DNA of 64,000 nucleotides from Candidatus Velthaea sp. (GTDB lineage Bacteria; Vulcanimicrobiota; Vulcanimicrobiia; Vulcanimicrobiales; Vulcanimicrobiaceae): the NCBI GenBank assembly GCA_965214935.1, contig CBDCCS010000021.1, positions 1-64,000 of the forward strand, read 5' to 3'. Under the pieces are notes generated by a model. The model saw only the letters and a program-made list of their open reading frames with translations. It was not told where the DNA came from and did not search any database. Shown in pieces: positions 30,756-39,970 of this stretch. Position 1 is the first letter of the stretch, and every line of letters starts with the position of its first letter. A program made the translations under genes and the position numbers.

Positions 30756-31049
30756 TCAAAAGAAAATTTGCTGCGAAATTGCAACATCATACGTAACGGG
30801 TTCAACGGTAATCGCTTGCGGTAATACGAAGCTGAACGTTAACGAGTTACCTGAGACGACTCCCTGTGTAGGATCAGATAACCAGCCGGCTCCAAATCCC
30901 GGAACCCATAAAGCGAGAAGATAGATGCCTTGCGCGTCGAGCGGTGTAGCCGATGTGAAGGTTCCACTTACGAATCCGCCGGCAGTAAACGTCGTTGCAG
31001 CCGTCGGTGTAAAAGTCGCATAAATGAGCGGCGAAATCTTGCGATCCAT
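30756..31049 (-). CDS. Signal-less paralog of the C-terminal beta-rich domain of the 32208-32741 lipoprotein (possibly truncated)
   Basis: Shares PLIYAT, VSGTFTSATPL, SGNSLTFSF, TVEPVTYD; an in-frame stop lies just upstream of its ATG. Confidence 0.65.
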   Translation of the reverse strand: MDRKISPLIYATFTPTAATTFTAGGFVSGTFTSATPLDAQGIYLLALWVPGFGAGWLSDPTQGVVSGNSLTFSFVLPQAITVEPVTYDVAISQQIFF

Positions 31050-31190
31050 AGGCTTTGCACGTGAGCATTAGAAAACAAGTATATTTGCTTCATAAGCCCG
31101 GGGTGTTCGGGGGCCCGCATGGCGGCGAGTCGCTGCTCTGCCGATTAGCGAATTGGACTTGTCGTCCGCATTGAAAACGGCAGCGAAGCG

Positions 31191-31982
31191 TTGACTAACC
31201 GCGTTGGAGCTAAACGGCCACGAGATTGTCTGCGCCGTACTTTGCTAGCCGCGGCCATCGGCGGCGCTTGGCAACCGACTCCGCCGGCGTATGCCGGCGA
31301 CTCGTCGGCCGGCATTGGGCTCACGCTCAATCCCGTGCTTGCCGGTTCGCACGAGAGCTATAACGATCGAAGACAGATTCCGCCGGTGCCGATACCGTTG
31401 CTCGACTTTCACGCCAAGGGCGGACCGTTCGAACTCGATCTCGAGGGCTTGCCGCCGATTGCGTCGATTCGATCTTCCGATCGGCTCGAAGGCCGCACGT
31501 CGACGCAGCTTTCGATCGCGACCGGCACTTTGCGAATTTGTGACCCGCTCGGGCGCTACAGCGCCGGCATCGGCGCACTGTTTTACAACCAATCGACGCA
31601 CTATCTCGATCCAATTGAGATTCGCGGCACCGGCGAGACGCAATACTCCCGATTGAGCGGAATAACATACGCGGGCGGTTACCGTGTGCCATGGCGACAC
31701 GGTCGTTTTGATGCGACATTGGCGTATGCACCGGCGCTCAACGGAACGCAATTTACGATCTACGACCACGCGCAGTACCGCCCGCGTGTCGATCCGGAAC
31801 GTGCCGATCAAATCGATGCGGCGGTCCGCTACACCCGAACCGTCGGGCGCTGCGGGGAACTTTTGTTTGGACTGCGCTACGTAAATTACACCGCCCGCTA
31901 CGATGCACGCAACGGCGGATTATCCGATCGTAACGTCGGGCTATTGCCGGTCGTCGGGTTTCGCCTCGCTATTGCAAGATGA
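31191..31982 (+). CDS. Putative outer-membrane beta-barrel protein
   Basis: N-terminal signal-like segment; alternating Tyr/Gly-rich strands; C-terminal LLPVVGFRLAI. Confidence 0.65.
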   Translation: MTNRVGAKRPRDCLRRTLLAAAIGGAWQPTPPAYAGDSSAGIGLTLNPVLAGSHESYNDRRQIPPVPIPLLDFHAKGGPFELDLEGLPPIASIRSSDRLEGRTSTQLSIATGTLRICDPLGRYSAGIGALFYNQSTHYLDPIEIRGTGETQYSRLSGITYAGGYRVPWRHGRFDATLAYAPALNGTQFTIYDHAQYRPRVDPERADQIDAAVRYTRTVGRCGELLFGLRYVNYTARYDARNGGLSDRNVGLLPVVGFRLAIAR

Positions 31983-32147
31983 CCAAACGGCGACGTGCCG
32001 CCCGTTCATCCGGCGGTGCAAATTCGAGCGACCATAACGCGCATCGGTCGTCGTTCTGAACGCGTTATTTGGGCACAAGGCAACGCATAGTAAGGTTGCT
32101 TAACTAAGTAGAGGAAGAAGAACTCGCAGCGCTACCGTTTACAGCAA

Positions 32148-32178
32148 ATAGCCGAACCGCGTTACGCGGCTCGGCTAT
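32148..32178 (-). terminator. Probable intrinsic terminator after the lipoprotein gene
   Basis: ATAGCCGAACCGCG-TTA-CGCGGCTCGGCTAT hairpin with a short T run on the minus strand. Confidence 0.55.
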
Positions 32179-32207
32179 GGTGCGGTCGAACGACGCTACT
32201 GCGTTAA

Positions 32208-32741
32208 TTACGTTTGCGTGATAGCGATATCGTACGTGACCGGTTCAACCGTGAGCGCCTGCGGCAACGTGAAGCTGAAGGTCAGCGAGTTGCCTGAGAT
32301 CGTTCCGGCCGTCGGGTCGAGGACCCAACCGGATCCAGGCACATACAGAGCAAGTTGGTAATTGGCGCCCGCCGTTAACGGGGTCGCCGAGGTGAACGTT
32401 CCACTGACAACTCCGCCGGCGGCAAACGTCGTTGGTGCCGTGGGCGTGATCGTCGCGTAGATAAGCGGCGTTCCGCCGATTGCAGTCGTTCCGGTCGGCA
32501 CGATCGTACCCGATGCTATTGTTGCAGTAACGGCAGCAGACGATCCCGGTATGGTGATCGTTGCGGAATTTCCGCCGCTTAACGTCGGCGCGACGGTACC
32601 GCCGGTTGCCGGTGCGGTCACCGTGCCGCTCGGTGCGGGAGTTAACGGCACCGGTGCCGGCGAGTTCGAACTAGTGCAAGCATGTAATGCCATCGCTGCT
32701 GCGAACAGCGGTGCGGCAAACAGCCGTCGGCTAATCTTCAT
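32208..32741 (-). CDS. Lipoprotein with Thr/Pro/Gly-rich beta-sandwich-like domains
   Basis: MKISRR..LFAAAMALHAC lipobox, Pro-rich linker. Confidence 0.8.
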   Translation of the reverse strand: MKISRRLFAAPLFAAAMALHACTSSNSPAPVPLTPAPSGTVTAPATGGTVAPTLSGGNSATITIPGSSAAVTATIASGTIVPTGTTAIGGTPLIYATITPTAPTTFAAGGVVSGTFTSATPLTAGANYQLALYVPGSGWVLDPTAGTISGNSLTFSFTLPQALTVEPVTYDIAITQT

Positions 32742-32860
32742 TTACACCCCGATTCAAATGAGAGGAGATAGTCCGGTTCATGGCAACCGAACGTAATCCT
32801 CGGTTTGTTTTAATTTCAAGTCTTTGCATGACGGCATGCGCTTCATCTGGAGAATAGGCA

Positions 32861-33562
32861 ATGGTGCCGAAACGTATTCGCACGGCAAGCGCGCTTATTA
32901 GCGCCGTTGTTGCTGTTCTCATCCCGCTTGCAGCGACTGCGCACGGAACGGCGGTTGATTTGGGTGCCGGAACGCTAGGCGCCTCGTTGAGCGTCAGTCA
33001 AGCGATCGATCCGAACACGGCCTTGCGCGCGACGTTCGGCACGTTCGATATCTCCCGTAACGAACGCTTCAACAACGTGGTCATCGATGTTCTCACGAAC
33101 CTTCGGCTGACGGAACGTTTCCGCGTGCAGTCGGCCGGGTTGTATCTCGACCGCTCGCTTCGCTCGGGTCTGCATCTTTCGGCCGGCGCGGTTTTGAACG
33201 GCAATCACATTGCTGCCGTCAGCGTGCCTGCCGACTCATCGATCGTCATCAACAACTACGTGTATTCAGCGGCTGCGGCCGGCCAGATATTTACCGACGT
33301 CAGCTGGATGCCGGTTTCACCGTATGTCGGTTTCGGCTTCGCTCCGCGATCGACCGATCGCCGTCGAGTCGGGTTCGTCGGTCAGTTCGGCGTCTATTAT
33401 CAAGGTCGCGCGAACGTGCGGTTCGATTCGAATGGCATCATTAAAGCGAACGAATCGAATTTCATCCGCTATTACAACACGCTGCGCGATCAGCTGGCCC
33501 AGGAGCTTTCACCGGTGCAAATATTTCCGGTAATTCAACTCGGTATTCGGCTTCGGATTTGA
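32861..33562 (+). CDS. Putative outer-membrane beta-barrel protein
   Basis: Signal peptide; GAGTLGASLS, PYVGFGF, GVYYQG, FPVIQLGIRLRI strand pattern. Confidence 0.75.
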   Translation: MVPKRIRTASALISAVVAVLIPLAATAHGTAVDLGAGTLGASLSVSQAIDPNTALRATFGTFDISRNERFNNVVIDVLTNLRLTERFRVQSAGLYLDRSLRSGLHLSAGAVLNGNHIAAVSVPADSSIVINNYVYSAAAAGQIFTDVSWMPVSPYVGFGFAPRSTDRRRVGFVGQFGVYYQGRANVRFDSNGIIKANESNFIRYYNTLRDQLAQELSPVQIFPVIQLGIRLRI

Positions 33563-33667
33563 TCGGCGCCCCAACAGCGCATCGTCATTGCGTGCCACGT
33601 TGCGTTGCTTAGGGGCCGAGTTCGCCGGGAAACGAAACCACGGCCGTTGCAACTTCGTCTTACGAGT

Positions 33668-34066
33668 GTGAACAACGTTAAGAAGACCGATAACGAATGG
33701 CGCGCCGAATTGCCCGCCGACAAGTTCGCCGTTCTGCGGGAAGCCGCCACCGAACGGCCGTTCAGTGGTGCGCTCTATACGAATAAAGCCACCGGCATGT
33801 ATCATTGCGGCGCCTGCAAAACGCCGCTGTTCGATTCAGCCGCTAAATTTGAGAGCGGCAGCGGATGGCCGAGCTTCTACGAACCGCAGAACGCCGCAAA
33901 TGTCGAACTCATCGTGGACCGGTCGCACGGCATGTCGCGAACCGAAGTCCGCTGCAAAGCTTGCGGATCGCACCTCGGTCATGTCTTTGACGACGGTCCG
34001 GCGCCGACCGGCCAGCGGTACTGCATCAATTCGTTAGCACTGGATTTCGCGCCGCACGCCGGTTAA
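33668..34066 (+). CDS. msrB: Peptide-methionine (R)-S-oxide reductase
   Basis: TERPF, CGAC..KFESGSGWPSF, CGSHLGHVFDDGP, RYCINS. Confidence 0.97.
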   Translation: MNNVKKTDNEWRAELPADKFAVLREAATERPFSGALYTNKATGMYHCGACKTPLFDSAAKFESGSGWPSFYEPQNAANVELIVDRSHGMSRTEVRCKACGSHLGHVFDDGPAPTGQRYCINSLALDFAPHAG

Positions 34067-34069
34067 GCG

Positions 34070-35851
34070 ATGACCGCACCGACGTCGCACCTGCGTAGCC
34101 GCAAGTGGTTTGCCAATCCGAATAATCCGAGCATGACGGCGCTCTATTTAGAACGCTTCCTCAACTATGGATTGACCCGCGAAGAGTTGCAATCGGGAAA
34201 GCCGATCGTCGGGATCGCACAAACGGGCAACGATCTTGTGCCGTGTAACCGGCATCATATCGAACTGGCGCAACGCCTGCGCGACGGAATTCGCGATGCG
34301 GGCGGTATCCCGATGGAATTTCCGGTTCATCCGCTACAAGAAACCGCGAAGCGGCCGACGGCGGCACTCGATCGCAATCTCGCTTATCTCGGCCTTGTCG
34401 AAGTGTTGTATGGGTATCCGCTCGACGGGGTCGTGCTTACGACCGGCTGCGATAAGACCACTCCGGCTTCGCTGATGGCGGCCGGAACGGTCGGCTTGCC
34501 CGCAATCGTACTGTCCGGCGGCCCGATGCTCGACGGCCATTATCAAAATCGGCTCGCCGGTTCGGGAACGATCGTATGGGAGGCGCGCGAACTGCTCGCA
34601 GCCGGGAAGATCGACAACGAAGGCTTCATCGATCTCGTCGCCTCCTCGACGCCGAGCGCCGGGCACTGCAACACGATGGGCACCGCAACGTCGATGAACT
34701 CTCTGGCTGAAGCGCTCGGCATGTCGCTGCCCGGTTGCGCGGCGATTCCCGCGCCGTATCGCGAACGCGGCCAGATTGCCTATGAAACGGGGCGCCGGAT
34801 CGTCGGCATGGTGCATGAGGATCTCACGCCCGCCAAAATCATGACGCGCGCTGCCTTCGAGAACGCGATTGTCGTAGCTGCGGCGATCGGCGGTTCGACG
34901 AACTGCGTGCCGCACCTCATTGCAATCGCCCGTCATGTCGGCGTGCCGCTCGACCTCGATGATTGGCAACGCATTGGCCATGCGATTCCGTTGCTGGTCA
35001 ATTGTCAGCCTGCCGGCGAGTATCTCGGCGAAGGTTACCACCGGGCGGGCGGCGTTCCGGCCGTCATGGGCGAGTTGCTGCTGGCCGGCAAAATCGCCCC
35101 CGAGCCGCTCACCGCGAATGGAAAAACGATCGGTGCGAATGTCGGTAGCATGCGGAGCAAAAACACCGCAGTCATTCGGTCGTATGCCGATCCGCTCAGT
35201 ATCGACGCCGGTTTTCTCGTCTTGCGCAGCAACTTCTTCGATTCTGCGATCATGAAGACGAGCGTCATCAGCCCCGACTTCCGGGCTCGCCATCTAAGCG
35301 ATCCGGCCGATCCCGATGCGTACGTCGCCCGGGCAGTGGTCTTTGAGGGACCCGAAGATTATCACGAACGCATCAACGATCCGGCGCTCGAAATCGACGA
35401 GCACACGATCCTCGTCATGCGCAATTGCGGCCCGGTCGGTTATCCCGGTTCGGCTGAGGTCGTTAACATGACGCCGCCCGATGCACTCGTGAAAGCTGGG
35501 ATCACCAATTTACCGACGATGGGCGACGGCCGGCAGAGCGGCACATCGGCGAGTCCGTCGATCCTCCATGTTTCACCTGAGGCCGTCGGCGGCGGCGGTC
35601 TTGCCTTGCTGCACACCGGGGACCGCTTGCGCATCGACCTGGCGAATCGTGAAGTAACGCTGCTTCTTCCGGCAGCTGAAATCGAACTTCGGCGTGGCGC
35701 TTGGACCGCAACGCCGCTGATCAATCAAACGCCCTGGCAAGAAATCTATCGCGCCGAGGTCGGTCAGCTCGAAACCGGAGGCTGCTTAGAGCCGGCGGTC
35801 GCCTATCGCGACGTCGTGCACACCATGGGGGTACCGCGCGACTCCCATTAG
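34070..35851 (+). CDS. IlvD/Edd family sugar-acid dehydratase (xylonate dehydratase XylD-like)
   Basis: MTALYLERFLNYG, RPTAALDRNL, TTGCDKTTPA, GHCNTMGTA, GDGRQSGT. Confidence 0.88.
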   Translation: MTAPTSHLRSRKWFANPNNPSMTALYLERFLNYGLTREELQSGKPIVGIAQTGNDLVPCNRHHIELAQRLRDGIRDAGGIPMEFPVHPLQETAKRPTAALDRNLAYLGLVEVLYGYPLDGVVLTTGCDKTTPASLMAAGTVGLPAIVLSGGPMLDGHYQNRLAGSGTIVWEARELLAAGKIDNEGFIDLVASSTPSAGHCNTMGTATSMNSLAEALGMSLPGCAAIPAPYRERGQIAYETGRRIVGMVHEDLTPAKIMTRAAFENAIVVAAAIGGSTNCVPHLIAIARHVGVPLDLDDWQRIGHAIPLLVNCQPAGEYLGEGYHRAGGVPAVMGELLLAGKIAPEPLTANGKTIGANVGSMRSKNTAVIRSYADPLSIDAGFLVLRSNFFDSAIMKTSVISPDFRARHLSDPADPDAYVARAVVFEGPEDYHERINDPALEIDEHTILVMRNCGPVGYPGSAEVVNMTPPDALVKAGITNLPTMGDGRQSGTSASPSILHVSPEAVGGGGLALLHTGDRLRIDLANREVTLLLPAAEIELRRGAWTATPLINQTPWQEIYRAEVGQLETGGCLEPAVAYRDVVHTMGVPRDSH

Positions 35852-36834
35852 TGAACCGCCGAACCGCGCATTGCGGGGAGATCGTCGGTAACGAAGCGAT
35901 CGACGATCGCGTCGATACCGGTATCGGGCCGGAGGCCGAGAGCGAGCGCGCGACGCGCGTCGACCGCGGCCGGCCAGCCGTCGACGATGCTTTGGGTCCG
36001 GGCATCGGGTCGCAGTACGATTCGCTCCGCAGCCGCATCTCCGCCGGCTTGGCGCACCGCCGCGATCATCGACCCGACCGACGCAGAAATAGCCGGTAAT
36101 AACAGCGTCCGCTCGACACCGAGCGCCACCGAGGGCAAGTCATCCGCAGCTTCGATGCACTCGATGAGCCGCGCGACCGACATGACCGCCATAACGGAAT
36201 CAAGGCTGACGGGACAGGCTGTCGGGCGGCCGGCCAGCGGTTCGCGAACGATCGTCGAGGCAAACGTTGATGCCGCTAAATTGGGCTCGGGGCGGACCAT
36301 GATGGTCGGAAAGCGCAACGAGCGGCCGTCGATGTACCCCTTGCGATGATAGTCGGCGACCAGCAACTCGCCGCACGCTTTTTGAATACCGTAGGATGTT
36401 TGCGGGTTGAGCGGGGTCGCATCGTCGATGGACGCCGGAAGGCGGCCGCCGTAAACGGCAAGGCTACTGGCGAAAAGCACGCGTGGCGGTTTCGGCAACC
36501 GCCGGCACGCTTCGAGCACGTGGCGCGTTCCGTCGAGGTTCACTCGCATGCCGAGATCGAAATCCGCTTCCGCGCCGGCGCTAACGACGGCGCCAAGGTG
36601 AAAGACGGCTGCGATGTCGGCGCCGATTGCCTCGCCGACGACGCGCGGATCGGCAAGATCGCCGATTCGCTGCTCGACGCGCGGATCGCCGGCCAGCGCA
36701 TCATCGCGCCGCACGGAATCGAATAAGACGATCCCCTCGATGGGCTCGCCGTCACCGGGCCGGGCACGGGAAAGAAGCCGTTGGGCGAAGCGACGGCCGA
36801 TGAATCCGTTGCCGCCGGTGATCAGAACCTTCAC
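35848..36834 (-). CDS. NAD-dependent epimerase/dehydratase, D-erythronate dehydrogenase (DenD)-like
   Basis: ITGGNGFIG, VSAGAEADFDLG, SSLAVYG, SYGIQK, AASTFASTIVREPL. Confidence 0.85.
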   Translation of the reverse strand: MKVLITGGNGFIGRRFAQRLLSRARPGDGEPIEGIVLFDSVRRDDALAGDPRVEQRIGDLADPRVVGEAIGADIAAVFHLGAVVSAGAEADFDLGMRVNLDGTRHVLEACRRLPKPPRVLFASSLAVYGGRLPASIDDATPLNPQTSYGIQKACGELLVADYHRKGYIDGRSLRFPTIMVRPEPNLAASTFASTIVREPLAGRPTACPVSLDSVMAVMSVARLIECIEAADDLPSVALGVERTLLLPAISASVGSMIAAVRQAGGDAAAERIVLRPDARTQSIVDGWPAAVDARRALALGLRPDTGIDAIVDRFVTDDLPAMRGSAVH

Positions 36835-36959
36835 GTCACTGCCTCATCTCACTGCCTCGTCCGTGCCGAACTGCCGGCGTTGCTTCGGCGGTCCTCTTGC
36901 TTTCGTCACGCCGCAACGCTGAACTTGCGTTAAGGCAAAGCGGTAGTGTTCGCGTCCCG

Positions 36960-36990
36960 GCCGTCCGACAATCTTGACAAATCGGACGGC
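36960..36990. promoter_or_regulatory. Inverted repeat enclosing a TTGACA -35 element (candidate operator)
   Basis: GCCGTCCGA-N13-TCGGACGGC with TTGACA at 36974-36979, between divergent denD-like and TBDR genes. Confidence 0.55.
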
Positions 36991-37144
36991 TTTGGCTTAG
37001 CTCTGGGGAACAAGTCGGCCTAATCGACCGTCAACGGCTAAAAAGCAGGGCAGCACGGGCCGAGTGAACGGGCGTCGCGGACAAGCTTATTGCGCGTTGG
37101 CCGTCGTTCGTACAACTCGGGTGCATGGTGCTCCGGGGAGCGGT

Positions 37145-39970
37145 ATGTTTTCCAACCACCCTATCGTCCGGGCTTCCGTAGCGGCGTTGACCGTTGCTAG
37201 CCTCGGACTTTCAATCTTGCAACCGAGCATGGCGCAGGGCGTTTCGCCGGCTGCGGCGGACGCGCCGGTACGCACGGCGTCCGTGAGCGGTACGATCGTC
37301 GACGAACGCCAACATCCGATCGGCGGCGCCGACGTCAGTGTTTCGGGCGCTTCACGTGCGCGGATCGTCAGCGATGCGGCCGGCAAGTTCACATTTACTG
37401 CGCTACGCCCCGGATTGTATTCGGTCTCCGTGACGAAATCCGGTTTCACTTCGGTGACGCGCGAAGACGTTACGCTCATCGACGGCCAGCCGACGACGGC
37501 GACCATCGCGCTGCGCGCAGCATCGTTTTCGTCACTGCGCGAGATCGGCCGCGTGACCGTCTCACGCAGCGGAACGAGCACGATCAACACCTCGACGGCT
37601 GCCATCAACACCGTCGCGGCGCAAACGTTCTTCGATCAGGGTCAAGTGCAACTGCCCGCGGTGTTAAATGAAATCCCGGGCGTAACGACGACCTACACAA
37701 ATGCGAACTCGATCGTCGCGGTTGCGAACCCCGGCAATGCATTCGGCGTTCCGTCGATTCGCGGCTCGCTGCCGTATGAAACGTCCGTCCTCATCGACGG
37801 CCATCCGATCGTCGTCGGCAGTTCGGGCACGTATAATTTAGCGTATTTGAGCCCGTACGTGTTGCAAAGTGTCGAAGTGGTAAAAGGCCCGGGCGCTAAC
37901 GTTCCGGTGATCAGTAACGCCATCGGCGGCACGTTGAATTTACGGACGCTCGAGCCCGGCGGCCGACCGCAGCGTTCGGTCGACTATGGCGCCGACAACG
38001 AAGTCGGCAGTTTAATCAACGTGCAGGCCACCGGTTCGTCCGGTAAATTCGGCTATGCATTTAATTATAATTCAGCCGGCTCACCGGGCGCGTATCGCAA
38101 TCACCCGGAATACGTTGCGCCGATCTACGGGTCGACGATCAACGGCTTGCCCATCGTGCCGACCGCGAATACGCCGTTCACCCAGATTGCCGGCAACCCG
38201 GCGGTCTTTCAATCGAACGCGAACGTCGCGTCGCTCGCCGGCTGTTGTCTATCGGTAAATAGCGATTATCAATTGCGTTCGCAATTAGCAAAGATTCGCT
38301 ATAACTTTTCGCAGCAAACATCGATGACCGTGTCGTATCTCGGCAGTCAGACTCGCACGGATCTCAACGGCTTAGAGAACTACGCGTATCCGACGACGTT
38401 TGCGCCGCCGGCAGGATACGCCGGTGCATTAGCGGCCGGCACCAATGTATCGTGCTGTCAAAACGACCAGTTTCCGCAATTTCTCGACCTGAACTCGAAT
38501 AACTTATGGCAGGCGGAGATACGGACGGCGCTCGGGACGAATACCGCGCTGTTCCAGGCGTATACGGGCTCCGTCCACGACCTGTACTATTCGGGTGATG
38601 CGAACGGCAGCGACACGTATTCCGTGCCGTTGTATGGTTCGGTCAATCTCGGCACGGGCGCCGGCACACCGACGCTGTTCAGCGGCCAAACGGCGACCAT
38701 CTCAGCGCCGAACTCCGAATACACGTACGATCGGGCCGATAAGGTGGGCGGATATTCATTCGAGTTCGATCATCCCGTACGCGACAATCTCTATAGCGTT
38801 TCGTTCGATTCATCCAAAACGAGTTCGCGATTCGGAGGTTTCGCCGGCCTCGGAAACGCGCTATATGTGCCGCCCGGCTCATTCCAAAACGAAGCAACTT
38901 TGCAGGCGCGAGCGCAACTCGAATTAACTCCGCGGCTCAATGCAACGCTGAGCGATTACTACTTTCTTTATACCAACCACAGCACGCAAGACTCCGGCGT
39001 GACGTTCCAAGACCACACGCATGGGTTCGAAGGCGCGCGGTTGGGTCTGTCGTGGCGACCCAGCCGCGACGTCGCCGTTCGGTTCGGCACCGGCTCGTCG
39101 ATCGCACCGCCGTATCTATCGCTGGTGTCGACCGCTCAAGCTCCGCCCGTACCGAACAACAACGGCTTGCCGACGTACTGGACGGTCACCCAAAATAGCC
39201 CTGACATCAAACCCGAAGTCGGCTTCGGTTACGATCTCGGCGCCGACAAGCGGTTCAACAATTTTGTTACCGCATCGGCCGATCTGTACCTTACGAATTT
39301 GCACGACCAGTTCTTGCAAACGCAAACCCGAACCGGCTCGTACACCGGTATCTGCTGCGGCTTACCCGCTGCCGTCACATTGCCGCTGTACGGAGTCTCA
39401 TCGACGAACGTCGGCAGTTCGCGCTATGAAGGCGTCGAGTTTTCCGTCAAACGCGAGCCGCCCCGCGGCCTTGGTTTCTCCGTTGACGGCGCCTTGCTGC
39501 GCGCGTACGTCTACAATCTGCCCGGCGACTTCTACACGAGCGCGGCCGGCCCGTTTACGCAGAATCTGGGCGTTATTCCCAATGTGAACTTCCAACCGTC
39601 CGGCGCCGGTTATAACGGCGTGTTATTCGGCCGCGTGCCGTACGCACAGGGTTACGGCGAACTTAACTACCGCACCGGTGCGATGTATTATCGGGCCGGA
39701 CTCACCTATTACGGTAACAACAACACCTATGGCGTTCCGGCGTTCGTCGTGCTCGGCGCGACCGTTCGCGCGCGTCTTTCTCCCCGAACGTCGCTGCAGT
39801 TGTCGGGTGACAACCTCAACGCCGCTCATGCCAACGGATACCTTGCGAATTGCGTCGGCGGCGTGCCCGTTCCGCTCGCCAACGGACTTACCGGCGCCAA
39901 CGAGTCGTACTCATGGGGTCCGACGACGATACGTTTAAAGTTCGCGTATACGACAGGCGGTACGCACTGA
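37145..39970 (+). CDS. TonB-dependent receptor with N-terminal carboxypeptidase-regulatory-like domain
   Basis: Signal peptide, SVSGTIVD domain, plug (IDGHP, VEVVKGPG, IGGTLNLRT), beta-barrel strands; GGGGAG before ATG. Confidence 0.92.
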   Translation: MFSNHPIVRASVAALTVASLGLSILQPSMAQGVSPAAADAPVRTASVSGTIVDERQHPIGGADVSVSGASRARIVSDAAGKFTFTALRPGLYSVSVTKSGFTSVTREDVTLIDGQPTTATIALRAASFSSLREIGRVTVSRSGTSTINTSTAAINTVAAQTFFDQGQVQLPAVLNEIPGVTTTYTNANSIVAVANPGNAFGVPSIRGSLPYETSVLIDGHPIVVGSSGTYNLAYLSPYVLQSVEVVKGPGANVPVISNAIGGTLNLRTLEPGGRPQRSVDYGADNEVGSLINVQATGSSGKFGYAFNYNSAGSPGAYRNHPEYVAPIYGSTINGLPIVPTANTPFTQIAGNPAVFQSNANVASLAGCCLSVNSDYQLRSQLAKIRYNFSQQTSMTVSYLGSQTRTDLNGLENYAYPTTFAPPAGYAGALAAGTNVSCCQNDQFPQFLDLNSNNLWQAEIRTALGTNTALFQAYTGSVHDLYYSGDANGSDTYSVPLYGSVNLGTGAGTPTLFSGQTATISAPNSEYTYDRADKVGGYSFEFDHPVRDNLYSVSFDSSKTSSRFGGFAGLGNALYVPPGSFQNEATLQARAQLELTPRLNATLSDYYFLYTNHSTQDSGVTFQDHTHGFEGARLGLSWRPSRDVAVRFGTGSSIAPPYLSLVSTAQAPPVPNNNGLPTYWTVTQNSPDIKPEVGFGYDLGADKRFNNFVTASADLYLTNLHDQFLQTQTRTGSYTGICCGLPAAVTLPLYGVSSTNVGSSRYEGVEFSVKREPPRGLGFSVDGALLRAYVYNLPGDFYTSAAGPFTQNLGVIPNVNFQPSGAGYNGVLFGRVPYAQGYGELNYRTGAMYYRAGLTYYGNNNTYGVPAFVVLGATVRARLSPRTSLQLSGDNLNAAHANGYLANCVGGVPVPLANGLTGANESYSWGPTTIRLKFAYTTGGTH

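Noticed and set aside
34070..35851. Calling this gene ilvD of branched-chain amino-acid synthesis
   Set aside because: The N-terminal signature matches the xylonate/sugar-acid dehydratase branch, and it neighbours a DenD-like gene.
37030..37050. GCTAAAAAG..GGG resemblance to the 3' end of SAM-II riboswitches
   Set aside because: The upstream GAUUU and AAAU elements of the SAM-II pseudoknot are not visible, so it was kept only as an unknown structured leader.
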